From the NCBI GenBank assembly GCA_013239625.1, contig MU054187.1, positions 21,579,280 through 21,643,279 of the forward strand: a DNA stretch of 64,000 bases, read 5' to 3'. Positions 12,761 through 26,929 of this stretch are shown here, piece after piece (positions within the stretch are counted from its first letter, which is position 1; the number at the start of each line of letters is the position of its first letter). The DNA comes from Lama guanicoe (lineage: Eukaryota). The position numbers and the translations under genes are program-made. The notes below the pieces were generated by a model. It made no database searches, was not told the origin of the DNA, and saw only the letters and a program-made list of their open reading frames with translations.

Positions 12761-13756
12761 TTTGAGTTTGAGGATGGAACCAGAAGAAAGTAAAATTTAT
12801 CTTCAGGAAAAAGGCATCAAATCATTTAAATTGTACTTCTGTCACAGACTGGCCTTAGAACCTGTCCTTATTTGATCCTGAACAAACTAGTAAATATAAA
12901 TTTTAAATAATCACTGAGTGTTCTCATCATAATTCTAACCTCTTAATCTTACACCTGTTTTGCAATGCAGAGCCTTGTGTCAAAATTATACAGCAATCAC
13001 GAATCCCAGGTTTGCTGTGACAATCCAGATTTCAAGTAATTCTTTTCTTTTCATAAAAGCAACTCACTAAATGTAAAACTCAGATTGCACCACTCTCTCT
13101 TCAATATTTAAAAGGCTTTTTATTCTTACTAACAGACATGCAGTAGAATGTAGCAGCCTGGTCTCCTGTGTCCTCTCAGCCATCAAGGCCCAGCCTTGGC
13201 CTTTGAGTCAGAGGGCGCCAAATGAGTTAAGAGTAACAGCGAATTATTGCAATCATTTTGGAAAGTAACATGGTAGCATCTATTAAAATTAAATATATAC
13301 ACACACACACAGCATTGACCCATTAATCCTACTCCACATAAAAATAAAACTGTTGGTATTAAGGAAATATGTCAAAGAACATTTGCTATAGTACTGTATG
13401 TAGTGATGAATGATAATAAGAAAAACTGGAAACAGCTTTAATATAACCTCAGAAAAATAGCTAAGAGAATGATATTATATCCATACCCTGGAGTGGCAGC
13501 TAAGGAAATAATTATTTAAACAAATTTTCACAGGTTTTGGTGACAGAAAAAAACTAATGACCAAAAAATCCAACATATATAAATGTGTATTTATAGATAT
13601 ATTTGCTTTATGATCATGGAGAAAAATACATGGAAATAAATACATTATTAACATCAGTTAACTTGAAGGGGATGGATTGTGGATGGAGGGAGTATGAAGG
13701 AAAGGGTGACAGAGAATGGGGGAAAATACTACCCTAAAAAACAAATAGCACATATA

Positions 13757-15305
13757 TTACAAAACTATAGTAACCAAAACAGTGTGGTATTAGCATAAAA
13801 CCAGAAACATAAATCAATGTAACAGAATAGACAGCCCAGAAACAAGACCATGCATCAGTTCATTTTCTGCAAAGGAGCCAAGAATATACACTGGGGAAAG
13901 AATAGCCTCTTCAATAAATGGTATTGAGAAAACTAGACAGCCACATGCAAAAGAATGAAACTAGACCCCTATCTTACATGATGTAAAAATATCAACTCAA
14001 AATTAAATACCTGAACGTAAGACCTGAAAACATAAAATTCCTACAAGAAGACATAGGGAGAAATATTCTTGATATTGGTCATGGCGGTGATTTCTTGGGT
14101 AAGACTCACTTGGATAGAAAGCATGGGCAACAACAACTACAATAAACAAGGAAGACTACAACAATCTAAAAAGTTTCTACTCAGCAAAGGAAAAACCACC
14201 AACAAGATGAAAAGGCAACTTATGGAACAGGAGAAACTGTTTGCAAACCACATATGCAATAAAGAGGTTAATATCCAAAAAAAATACAAGGAAGTCATAC
14301 AACTCAGTAGTGAAAAACAACCAGTTAAAAATAGGCAAAGGACATATATAGACATTTTTCTGAAGCAGACATACAAATGGCCAACAAGTATATGAAGAGG
14401 TGTTCAACATCACAAATCATCAGGGAAGTATAAGTCTAAACCACATGAGATATCACCTCACACCTATTAGAATAGCTATTATCAAAAAGGCAAGAGGTAA
14501 TAACTACTAGCAAGGAGGTGGAGAAAAGAAACGCTTGTATGCCGTTAGTGGGAATGTAAACTTGGTACAACCACCATGGAAAACAATATGGAGTTTCTTT
14601 AAGACATTAAAAACAGTTTTAAAAAAGATATTAAAAATAGAACTACTATATGATCCAGCAAACCCACTTCTGGGTATATATCCAAAGGGGGAAAAAAACA
14701 TTATTTCAAAGAAATATCTGTACTCCCATAGTCATTGCAGCATTGTTTACAGTAGCCAAGAAATGGAAACCTAAGTGTCGGTCAATGGATGAATGGATAA
14801 AGATGTTGTGGTGTGTGTATACATGCACACGCACACATACACACACAGCGGAATATTATTCAGCCTTAAAAAAGAAGGAAATTCTGTCATTTATGACAAC
14901 GTGAATGAATGTGAAGGCATTATGCTAAGTGAAATAAGCCAAAGACAAATGGTGCGTAGTATCACTTATACATGATATCCAAAAATAATAATAATAAGTC
15001 AAATAATAAGTCAAACCCATAGAAATGGAGAGTAGGATAGTGATTGTCAGGGGCTGGGGGTTGGGAGAATAGGTAAATGCTGGTAAAAGGGTATAAGTTT
15101 TCAATTATAGGATGAATAACGTCTGAGGATCCAGTGCATACCATGTTGCTAAGACTGTTTTCTATAACTGAAAGTTATGAGGTGATGAGTGTGTTAAGTA
15201 ACTCAACAGGGAGAATCTTTTCACACAGTATACATATATCAAATCATCACATCGTACTCTTTATCTTACAATTTTGTCAATTATGTTTCAATAAAGCTGA
15301 ATAAA
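13757..15305 (+). mobile_element. LINE-1 ORF2 3' part plus 3'UTR, degenerate
   Basis: TACAAAACTATAGTAACCAAAACAGTGTGG...; ORFs 14069, 14535 and 14650 give L1 peptides (LLYDPANPLLGIYPK, IAALFTVAK); ends TCAATAAAGCTG. Confidence 0.92.
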
Positions 15306-15640
15306 ACCATATGGTATATAACGTAATCAACTTTAAAAATATTAAAGCATAGCAAGAAATTCAAATAAAATAAAATGCCTACAATAGAGTAGTGAATTAT
15401 TTCTAGTACACCATATTGCCAGAGAAGTTTGGCAAGTCATTTCTGGTCCTTTGAACATTTGCTTTTCACACTGATCAAAGACAGCTGTAGCAAGAGAGGA
15501 GGCAGGAATGGAGGGGGCAGGAAACTGCAGAGATGTAGGGCAAGAGATGGTCTCACCTAGAACAGCTCCTGAGGCTCCCTTGAAGGAAAGGGTCTCCTTA
15601 GACAAAATTAACCACAGATCAGCCTCATCTCCATGACAGA

Positions 15641-15774
15641 TAGTAGGACAATATAATTTATAACACTAACCAGGACATTTTCCAGTGTGAGAGGGGATGC
15701 TATTTATAATTACTCTAGGACAACAGGTGTATTCTAGAATTGCCCCAGTTAAATCAGGCTAATGTGATCACCCT
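15641..15774. mobile_element. MER94-like hAT-Blackjack MITE
   Basis: ATATAATTTAT...GGACATTTT...GAGAGGGGATGCTATTTATAATTAC...GGACAACAGGTGTA...GATCACCCTA matches the remembered MER94 layout. Confidence 0.7.
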
Positions 15775-16446
15775 AATTACTCATCACCCCGTGAAGAATT
15801 ATGCTAGAACTGGGGTTGGGGCGCATAAGGACATTGGGAACTACAAAAAAAAAAAACAAATATCAATTTCCTTCAAAGAAATGCAATCTGAAGAATGAAA
15901 AAAAAAAAGAAGTAATTCTAAAATAGTTCTCGATGTGACAAGAAAGAAATTTAAGACGGGGCAAAAACACTGCAGTGATGACAGTTAGGTGGAGCTAATT
16001 GGAAAAGCCTAGGAGAAGCAAATTAAATGGTTTACCAAATAAAGTGCACAACGTTGGGAAAATATTTTTTTCCTCAGAAGGATGGGATAAATCTCTCCTT
16101 TGTTTTTTGCTTTGCTGCAATGGATGCTGCCTATATTACAAACTTCATATGTCAGTAAGATAAGAATCTAATCCAAACATAAGCCTCCAACTTCCCAACA
16201 ACACAGCTTAATAAGCAGCAACAGAAATAAAGAGTGGCGGTGGGTGAACTCATTTCTAGCTTCAGACTCGACAATAAACTAGGTCCTTATAATCGCAATT
16301 ACAGCAAAAACTTCATGTTGTATATAGAGTAACCGACAATGTTTTCCCTTTTGATCTTGCATCTTCACTCTTTGGTTGGTACGTGAAATTTTTATGTTCG
16401 ATTTTTGGATAAGAAGGTCGAAACCTATCCTATAAAAGGTCTATGT

Positions 16447-16850
16447 CAGTGCTTTTCAAACTTTGCTATGCATACGAATCACTTAGGCATGTTAAAAGGC
16501 ATGATTTATACAGCAAATCTGAGGGAAGGCTTCAGTTCTGCATTTCTAACAAGCTCCCCACGCTCTCAGGTGAGGCTGACGCTACTCCTTTGTGGACCAC
16601 AATTTGAAAGCAAGGGTCTAGGTTGCGCTTTTAACACCCCTGACTTTATCCTACTCTCCGGCATAACCCAAATCCAACAAAATGCAGGCTAATCAGAAAC
16701 ATCTCTAATTGTGATTTCACCAATCACCTGAGGAGCTTTATAACAGACAGAATGATGTTCCAGCTGGTGTGGGAGATACTCAGAGATACGTTTGTCTAAA
16801 CGGTTGCTCAGGTGGTTCAAATGGCCAGCCAGGCTTGGGAACCACAGCCC
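16447..16850. mobile_element. Two adjacent MER5-type hAT-Charlie MITEs
   Basis: CAGTGCTTTTCAAACTT...GAATCAC...CTGCATTTCTAACAAGCTCCC...GGACCACA (16447-16620) and AATCACCTGAGGAGCTT...TTGGGAACCACAG (16720-16850). Confidence 0.7.
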
Positions 16851-18469
16851 TAAATTTCAATTTAAACAAATATGATAATATCAGAATATTCACTTAAAAC
16901 CTGGATAGCAAATCAACTTGTCTCTATTTACTGCAGAATAAAAATGTTCAGTCTTCTACACCATCAGTTCTCTTTATGAGCTTTGAAATTCCCATAAAAG
17001 AATTAAATGAGGTCCTTAGACACTTGATATGAGGGAAATATTATTATTTTTCAAGTAGAACATGAACAATGTGCCTGGGTATATATTCCCTTTAAATGCA
17101 CTTGAGTCCATAGCAGGAGCTGCTGTAATATTCTCTGACATGGATGATATAGAGTTTCCAATTCAATTATTTTCATTTTAATCCAAGGCTTTAAAAGAAT
17201 CAAGACTGCCAACTGTAAAATGTATTAGCACGTGACATCCTAAGCTAAGTGAGAAAATGAATTTGCAAGTATCTTTTTCCAACCAAGGCTTTTTAATCAC
17301 CTTCTCAGTTTCCTTTGACAGGTGGCTATGATCCAGGACTTCAGAAGAGCTTTGTGGTTTAAATCAATTTCATAATGCTAAAGTGGCTAATAAGCCAAAT
17401 TAGCTTATATATAATTGATTCACTGTAATATCAATATTATGTTATTTTGAATAATAACATCTACCAATATTTGAATATCTGTAATATACTAGGCTCTGTG
17501 CTAAATATATCGTTCTTACATAAATTATCAAATATAGAACGAAGAGCAATAATCCAAAACGGCAAATATTAGACCCATTTTATAAGGGAAATGGGACTTG
17601 GATAAGTTGAGCATCTTGGCCTCTGTCAAATATGAGCCCTTCTTTTAACCCATACTTCCCTGCATCTTCTGCAGATAATATAAATTCCATTATGACTTTC
17701 AAAACCTGTGAATTGATAAAGCAGAAGTGGAGGCCATGCTGACTTCATAAAATGAAAGAACTGTCGCAGCATCAATGATCCCTATTTTCAAGAAAACAAG
17801 AGAGTCATTTTCTATGCTCCAAACAAATCTGGATACAAATCCTTTAAGTTAGGAAGCCTAGTGTTTGAGCTTCACTTCAACTTTCTCCATACACAAGACA
17901 GACACCAAATTCCAGCCTTCCGTAGAAACAGACTTCCAAATAAAGATGTTCATAACCACCGCCCACTGTGTTACTCGGAGGAAAAATCGCACCAGATCAG
18001 AGCGGTTTGGGGAGCCCGGGAGGGAGTGCACAAGATTTTGTAAGGGGGTCTTTTCAGAGGTGGTATGTAGGACCAATCAGGGCGACTGCCCCAAAGAAAA
18101 GAGCTCCACACTGGAAAGAAACTTCCAAAGGCACGTTTGATGCTTGATGGGTCATAACACTGATCAAAGGGAATTACAATGAAGGGTTCTAGAAAGTGCA
18201 TCCGGGCAGAGACCAGGACACACCTTGGAAACTAGAGGCACCATCTATTAGTAAATGAAAGACAAGAAAGGAAGCAGTTGGTAGTACGATACCACTGAAA
18301 CAGGTAGAAATAAAGGTCTATTTTCCACTCATCTGACAGGTGAGTGCCTGCATTCGGGTTTGCAAGAAACTCTCCTTCACTCACTGATTTAAGGAACCAG
18401 CTTTGCTCCATCCTGGACCTATGCTCCATGCTCCTTTACTCCATCACATCCCCTATGACTTGGGAGACT

Positions 18470-18650
18470 TCTTCATCTATAAATGGCCAACTAGTAAATA
18501 GTTCAGACTTTTCAGCCTACATATGGCCTCTGCTGCATATTCATTTTTTTTTAATTCTTCAAAATATGGAAACATCCTCTACTCATGAACTGTATAAAAA
18601 TGGGCCAAGGACCAGATTTGGCCCACATGTCATAGTTTGCCTATTTCTGA
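18470..18650 (+). mobile_element. MER58-like hAT-Charlie MITE
   Basis: GGCCAACTAGTAAATA...GACCAGATTTGGCCCACATGTCATAGTTTGCC. Confidence 0.55.
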
Positions 18651-21600
18651 TCTACAAGATGGAAGAGGAAAGAAAAAATGAAAAAGACATAGATCCTTTC
18701 AACTAGCTTGACCCATAGCTGACATCATTTTTGCTTGAGTTCTACCAACAACAACTAGTCCCAGTACCTAGCTGGATACAGGGGAGCAGGAAAATGTCCC
18801 ATCCAGTGAAAATCCCACGCTATGGAAAAGAGAGAGAAATTTTTGTGGAAAGTTAGCTGTCTCTGGGACAGGAATAAAATTTAAAAGAATCTAAATTAAA
18901 AAAAAATTAAACCACACAAAATCTATCATGACCATGTAAGGTATTTCTCAGTATCGCAAAAGTTTAAAATAGAAAATACAATTCACACCTAAAAATATTA
19001 CAGCAGAAAAATTCTATGAAAATCTTACATAGAAACAAATCTGAAAAAAAATGTATTCACAATAAAAACTCGTAGCAAAGTAGAAATCAAAGTGAATTTT
19101 ACTTTGACAAAGACTATATTCAAAACCTACAAGCATCTGTCCTCACTTCTAGTCAATATTATACAAAGTCTCCAGCCTTTACATGTACAATATTCAATGC
19201 TAGCCAATGCAGTAAGACAAGGTAAGAAAATAAAAACTACTGGAAATGATTTAAAGACAAGTCATAGGATATAAGAAAATGTTTGTAATCTATATAACTG
19301 AAAAAAAAGTTTCTCTGAAACAAAAACTACAGATTGACAATTTATATAAAAAAGGGTAAAGCATAAGAACATGTCATTCTAAAAAAATTGAATGGCCAAT
19401 AAATATAGTTTTAAAATTAAGAAATACAAATTAAAAAATAAGAAATTGCCACTTTTAACTTATCATATTGAGGAAAAAGAGCATTTTAAGTTTGACGGTA
19501 TCAGGGTCTGGATGTTGGAAGTGACCAGTAACTACTTGCAGCTGAAGTATATAAAGCAGCAAACTTCTGCGGGGAGTAATTAATCCATACGTAGCAAGAT
19601 TTCAGATTAGCATACATTAGAACCCAGTGATTCTGGCCCCTCACATTGAATGCTCTTAGAAAACCTTCAAAATCATGGTTCAAGGTGCCAAATGAGTCTT
19701 CTATTATCTCAAGGGTAAAAGCTAGTTCATATCAAACACGTAATCCTTAGGAGATACCTTAAAGGTAAGGCTAATCTTTCAAGATAGTTTTTGGTTGTTA
19801 AAAAAAAAAATGCCCAAAGGTGCATTACAGTTGAACTGGAAACCACTTGACAAGTCTTAATTTCTCATTAACATGTAAATCAAACCATGTAATATATCAT
19901 CTGTCAAACGCAGAATCTGTTGAAAGTCAAGCCGAACTTGAAAGCAGGAAAAGTAGGCTTTCCCGCCCTTGAAGACATAAAGGCATGTTGAGGAAGAGAT
20001 GCAAGATGCTTTGACCTCCAGCAATCTTAGTAGCAGGTATCTTTAAAGAGCAGAGTGTTCTGAAGGAGCTGAACCTGTCTGCAAATATTTTGCCTACAGG
20101 TTCCAGGGAATGATTATTTTCTTCAAGTTGCTTTCAGCAATTGGATCTTGTCACTATGAAATACTATGTCCTATAGGAAAAAAAATAATGTTAAGGTGGA
20201 AAAAGTTACACGAATGTCTTCTACATCAATTCTGCCCCTAAATGTGAAGTAATTCATGGAGGAAAATGCATCTTAAAGTACACAGCCTCCCATAAAGGTG
20301 ACCTACAGACAACTATTTAATACTCATTCATTAGAATTAAATAAGAGTACAAGAAAACAGAGGAGAACCAGATTTTTCACCAACATTGTCAGGAAAATGT
20401 TATGAAGTCCAATTTCTTTTGTCTAGTTATAAACCAAGGGTTCATGAACAACAAAAACAAAAAAGACTTATTTTCTCCTGTTAATATGACCAATTCACTA
20501 TAATGATCTAATTATAATACAATGTCTCCTTTTAAAGAAAAGATATCTCAATTATTTATGTGTTTTTCTGCTTGGCTAACACCATAATATAGAGAGTATA
20601 TTAAATCCATCAAGATATTATACAGTTACTTCCATAGATGAAAGAAAGACTATAGTCCTAGATAGTAGAAATAAAATAACCTAGCATGAATTAACCTATA
20701 TGATTATTATAATAGAATTTGTGAAAATGAAGCCTGCCAGATATTAGAAGAAATGATCTCATTATAAAATCCTCAGGTTCTCATTTCTTGGAAAAATCCT
20801 AATTATAACCTTATCTTTTCAGTGGCCAATTACTGTATTCAGCATATTTTCTGAAATAAATGCTTTGCTATTTTTATGACTTGCCTATCTGTATTTTGAA
20901 TTCTGAGACTCGAAATCTACCACACAGCCATTTCCATAAATAAAATCTGGAAGAAATGACACTGTTCTATCAAAACACAAGTAAAAACCTTTTGAATTTT
21001 AGATGAAATGTAAAATAGAAATCCTTTATTAGCATAAATAAAATACTTAGATGATAACACTAATCTCTCTCCAATTTGTCAAATAGGTGATTAGAGCCTT
21101 CCAACTGACAAGAAGAAATTGTCTGTGCCACACAAAGTAAATTGGCCAGCTTTTCCAATGAGCTAGATCCTTGTATTAAAAAGAAAGGATAGCTGATTGG
21201 CATTCCCAAAATATAAAGTTTTTAAAAATCTTATTATTTTATAAAAACTAACTTTTCCTATACAAAATAATGTTCTTTCCACTTTTGTTCACAACCTAGA
21301 CATTCACAGTGGAAGCACTGCTCTCAGAGTATGTATGTGTGTGGCGATGCAGGGGCTGGTGAAATGGAGTGTGGATGGGAAACGTGACAGCATCCCCACA
21401 ACACACCCTCCTCTAACACGTGTACCGAGAAACACCACCAGAAACAGCTTTCAGTTCTCTAAAGCGACCATTGTGCTAATAACTCAGCCCTGAAATCGTT
21501 TGGAAGACACACACACAAAATGTTATCCAATCTCATCAGAACATGCTTGATATTTGAGTATCACTAAAAGAGGTTGGGCCATCACTGCTGGAAAGTGACA

Positions 21601-22154
21601 TAGCTCCAGCCATCTGACAATTGATGTGAATAGATTCCCTTCCTCTGAAGCACTGGCTTCAGAAAAATAACCAGCCAACATAAATTGTTGGCTTTCATAT
21701 TCAGCGAATGAATGAGGATGTAGCAAACTAGCTTGAAAAGAAAATCAGCGAAGCCATAGAGGAAAAATAACCTTTAAAACTTCTGAGCTCCTCTGGTCAT
21801 CTTTATCAGGATCCTGCCATGCTGAAAATGCCCTGCCCAGTATAATTTTTTTTTAATTTAACTCCTGAAATCATTTACTCTCTCAACTTTTGTGTTCGTT
21901 CAATAAACAAAGAGAACTTAAGTAGTTGTAAACTGAAATTGAACTGCCTTAGTCTGAAGCAAGGCAGTGGCACCACGCTGTACTAGCATTCCACATCCAC
22001 ACACACTCAGCTAAAAACAAAAAATGAGAGACAGCCAGTTTCACCTAATGTCTTTGATGAAACATAAAATAGCTAATTTTATTAAATGCTGAGAATTTCA
22101 GGAAACTTCATCTGCCCCAGTAAGATTCTTCAATAACAAACCTTCAGATGATTT

Positions 22155-22490
22155 TCATAGTAATATTAACAAATATAATTGTTTAAAAATTGCACAAGGA
22201 AATGTGTCACCATTTGGAAGATATGCACAATTAAGTGAACCAACGTTTTCCAAATGACCAAAAGGTGATGTTACAAAGTCACACGTGATTTTAATGTAAG
22301 AGCATGAAAATCTCATTAATATGGTTTTAGATTCCACACTGCAATCAACCTTTAAGAACCGACCACTTGCTGAATTTTGGTATAATACCAAAAAATATCC
22401 ACAAGCATTTGAAGAGGCTACAAAAATAGTTCTATGTTAATGCTTGGGAAGTTTGAATTTATTCCAACAATTATCACTAGATGAATGCAG
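22155..22490 (+). mobile_element. Charlie1-like hAT transposase 3' remnant
   Basis: GAAATGTGTCACCATTTGGAAGAT...TTTTCCAAATGACCAA...GATTCCACACTGCAA...ACCTTTAAGAA...CCACTTG...TTTTGG matches remembered Charlie1 sequence. Confidence 0.75.
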
Positions 22491-24582
22491 AAAACTGCAC
22501 CCAGCTGCAGTGAACTGTGTAGGAATACATAAAACCCACCTGAGCACACATCTCAGAGGTTGTTGAGAGGCACCCATGCACAGCTGATGTTACAACGTTC
22601 CGTTAGATTTCACATCAGCCTCCCACCACCACTACACAGAAACTCACAAGGTGCCGCCCTTCCAACTGCCAAGGACACATGGCCCCATCTCCCCTGACTT
22701 CTTTAATTTTGCCCGTTTCTTCTCAGCCTATCTTGTTCTTTCCCACTGTGTTTGTGTTCTCTTTGCTTTCTACATCTTTCTTCTCTCACTCTTCCTGTCT
22801 CAGTTTTGTTCTCTGCCTCTCACCCTTAGAGTGCTGGACCTGGGAGCCGGGTGGGTGACCTGGCCAGGGTTCATCCAGTTCCATGAACAAACTGCAAATC
22901 TTTGGCAAGGTAAAGAGCTATATTACGGTATTTATTCATTTCTTAACTCTTTAATGTGTACAGCTGTGCTACCATTTTTATTAGATTCCTATCTGTTTTT
23001 AAATTAGATTCCTAACTAGTTCTTTGTGTGTGACTGAGTTTGGTAGGGCTATATCCATCCTTCACTTCATCTCCAGTATAACGTTATTTTCCTGTGCTTT
23101 TTAGGAATGCATGCACGCTATTCTTGCAGAACGGCCTGTACTGCTTCCAAAGTATTTTCTTCATATACTTCTTTGAACATTACCTATACCTCATAAACTT
23201 CATCCAGATTTTCTTCATATACTTTAACCAAAACCCTGTGTTACTGAGACAGGAAGGAAGGGGGCAAAAGCATGGGTAGCTCACATGTCATGAATATTTG
23301 ATCTGTTGGATTTAAAAGAAAATGATCAACCTCTTTGTAGCCTACTGCTAAGTCTATTTCTTATTTTATTATATTTTATTCCACATTTTATTTTAGAAAA
23401 ATTAGATAGTAGTAGTCATTCCTTATTCCATTTTGCAGTAAAGAATTTACAGTGATAATTATTAACATCTTTGCTCAATTTTTCCTATTGTTATACCATT
23501 AGATAACATTCACCTCTTTCTTTTTTTCACATTATTTTGAAAATTGAGTTGGCAACCTGTCTTGCAGGTGGATAAAGAAGATTTGGAATGTGTAGTGTGA
23601 TAGCAATCAGCCACTTTGCTTTCCTCTTTTACATGAGTTTTTAGACAACACAGCTTTTTAAAAATGAATCACTCATTTCATGACACTAAAAAAAACAGTT
23701 ATGGGTACACAGGCAAAAAATTACCCCCTAGATAATACTAGATAAACACAGAAAATTCAATGAAGCAGAATTGTTAATAATCTTTTATGAAAGGTTATTG
23801 CTCAATCATTTTAGAAACTACTAATTATTTCGTTTCCGGGGGCAAAGGGGAATATTAAGATAGTTCTTTCACCCCCCCTAGATTCAGAGACCAACAAATT
23901 ATAAAATAAGCAACACTAGTCATAATAAGAAAAAAGAAAATATCCAGCTTCCTAAGAGTAGTAGCCTGTCTGTTGTTGCTAAAACTGAATAATTTCTGGA
24001 ACATAAAAGCAACCACAATTTTAGTCATTGCTCTATTTCCTTTATAAAAAGAGGATTCAGGTATGAATGCAGCTCCATTGGTGAAAAACATAGCTCTCCT
24101 TTTAGCTACCATTATCATGAAGATGAAGCTTAGAACACTTAAACAGTAAACAAGACGTATCCTTTGGATGAACCATGAGGCTCTGAACTACACTGTCATT
24201 TCTGATATTCAGACTAGAGGCAGATTCCAAATAGCAGCTATTTATCACTTTGATAACTTCAAGTGACAAGTGGTATATAAATAGGAGCTGCTATTACTGT
24301 ACATAGGAAATCATGAGCATTGATGTGCAAGACTCCAGGATAATGAATTTTTGAAAGAGATGTTCCCACTCTGGATGGCAATGCTATTATTAACTAGCAA
24401 ATTTTTCAAATACATTTTACAAAAATTAATCACATTCCAGCATCTTTCTGAAGGTAGTGAGTAGTACCCCTTCTCTTTGCTTTAACTACAGTTTTTCTTT
24501 TTCCTCTTCTTTTTTCAGGGACCCAACATGAGAAAAACTATCAGTTTGAAACTCAAAAGTTTAAAAAAGTCTTTTGACTCAG

Positions 24583-25098
24583 TGTAATAGGGAAAAACAA
24601 ATCTGACTCCATATTAGATCTTTTCCTTGAGCTCTAAATCTGTGCTGCATTTCCTGGACTTAGTCATGCTGGTTCTGCATCTTTTGTAAAAGAATGTTGC
24701 CTAGAACCTGAAATATACAAGATAGCCCATTCTCAAGGCTCTGATCTTTAAGTGTAACACTTTCCCATTCTTATAAAGATAAAAAGTTATAGAATAGAAA
24801 GTAACATTTGTCTTGTCGGAGGTTTACAGGGACACCATGACCTGACCCACGTGGACAGCTGCAAAAACAAAGAATTCCAACACCAAGAAATCTGCAATAA
24901 CCAGCCACACCCTGTTCCCTTTTTAATATAAAAGGAGCCTGAAGTCTGACTTGGGGAAGATGGTTGTCCAGGACATTAGTCCGCCATCTTCTGTCTGCCA
25001 ACTTTCTGAGTAAAGTCATTATTCCTTGCCCCAGCACCTCATCTTCCAATTTACTGGCTTGCTGTGTGGTGAGCAGAGTGAGTTTGGACTTGGTTACA
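24583..25098 (+). mobile_element. Complete ERV1 solo LTR
   Basis: TGTAA...TTACA termini; perfect 4-bp TSD TCAG (24579-24582, 25099-25102); TATA-like AATATAAAAG near 24925; AGTAAA near 25009. Confidence 0.9.
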
Positions 25099-25489
25099 TC
25101 AGGTCTGTGAGCTTAGGCCTCAGTTGGTTTTATGATTTCTTCACATATTAACACTAAAGTTGAAGGGGTGGGTGGGGGCCTGTCAATATTTCCCAAAGTC
25201 TAGGAATTGAGAACAGTCAGCATTGTGGTTCTTCTAACTAGCTTAATAGACAATCTTCACTATGCATTTGCTTTCTAGGGTCACAAGATAAACCTTTTCA
25301 AGTCAAGGGCAACCATCACAGCAGAGATGATAAAAATGAAAACTTGCAAAACCAACATTGGGATTTCATTTATCTTTTCAACTAGGAAACAGGAATAGTA
25401 TATGAAAAGGCCAGGGAAGTTGAGGAATCATCTCTCTATTTGGACTTTGAGGTCAAATTTCTAAATAGAACTAATTTACTCCTGATATT

Positions 25490-26010
25490 TGGGGAGCTTG
25501 CGACAAAAGTAACAGAGTCGCAGGGCACATATATAAGTATTTAAGGTTTAAATCAAGCCAATAAACTCTTAAATGAAATGAGCTATAGCCTCCTTCCTTC
25601 ATCGTTCTTAGACTTCGCAGAATGCCACCCAGGAATGTAGCAGCATAGGAAAAGCCAGCCCCACATCAATGCCCACTTCAGCTCCTGTTCCTGGCACCCC
25701 AAACTCACTTTTCTGCATGTGGCATGAAGATTCTCATGCCACAGGAATGTCTATCTCAGCCTACACATCCATGCTCTATCTCCACCCCTCACTGCACAAC
25801 CAGCCACTCTTTAGCTATCCCTTGGACCAAGAGATGTCCTCACATTGATGCAGTTCTCCCTTTGGACTAGTCTGTCATTAATCTTGCCAGATGCCAAACT
25901 CAGAGGACTCATGCAGACTCTGCTAAGTTCAGTGTTGCTTGGGAGTCGAATTCTGGGGTCCCAAATGCCCAGAACATGGTCTAGATGGGGTGATGGTGCA
26001 AAGGCAAGTC
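25490..26010. mobile_element. Old hAT-Tip100 (MER115/Zaphod-like) remnant
   Basis: GAATTCTGGGGTCCCAAATGCCCAGAACATGGTCTAGA motif; weak recall only. Confidence 0.3.
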
Positions 26011-26929
26011 CATTGGACCCATCAACTCTTTAATCCATAGAGACTATCACAGCCAATAAGGAACTAGATCAAGGCAAGGACCTGTTTAATATGAGTGTAA
26101 GGATGGTATTACAGATTAGAATAGTTTACCTATTTTCCAGAAGAATAATTATGTGAATAATATCCTTAGGTATTTTGTGGGTTTTATTCTTTTTGTCATA
26201 TTCCACAAATCAAATGGCCAATGGGCAGGTGCAAGACAAGAAGATTTGAATTGAAAAAGTCAGGAATGCTGGACCCAGAGAAAGAGATGGAAAATCACTG
26301 GCAATATCCACAGACACCAACATTTTCAAATGACGTCATTTGTTGCATAAGAACACAGAGCTTCCATCACCATGCAGCTGCCCTCCAGGAAGTCCACATC
26401 CCTGTTCAGATGCATGCACTGTGCTTGTTCAAATCTGTTTCATTTGAGTGGATGCATTCAGTCACACTGAAGAAAGTCACCATTCTTGTACATTCCTAAC
26501 CCATACTCAGCAGTAGGCACTCAAATTAATTCAGAGGAATGAGCATTTGTTGATCTGGAGAGTGATACTAGATAGCAAGATTCAAACTCTTCAGAACTCT
26601 GACCCCTCACACTGCAGGCAGAGGCAGGAAGGGAGTTCCACAGGATTCCCCTGATTTAGCAGACTGCCTTGTGGCAGTTATATCCACAATTTATGAGTGC
26701 TCTGCAGAGAAGTGGCACTAAATCTCACTGTAAAGTAGAGGAACTGGGTCTTTAATGTTTTGTGCTTCTCTTTGTCATGACTCTCTGGCTTTTTCATTGT
26801 TGGTCCCCAGATTCCTGGGGCCCACATTACAGCTTCATTGGTTCACATCCACGGCAGACCCAACCATCACCAGCATCTCAAGGACAGGCCTGGGGAAGCC
26901 TTGCTGCAGCGGAACACCACTCATGTCTG

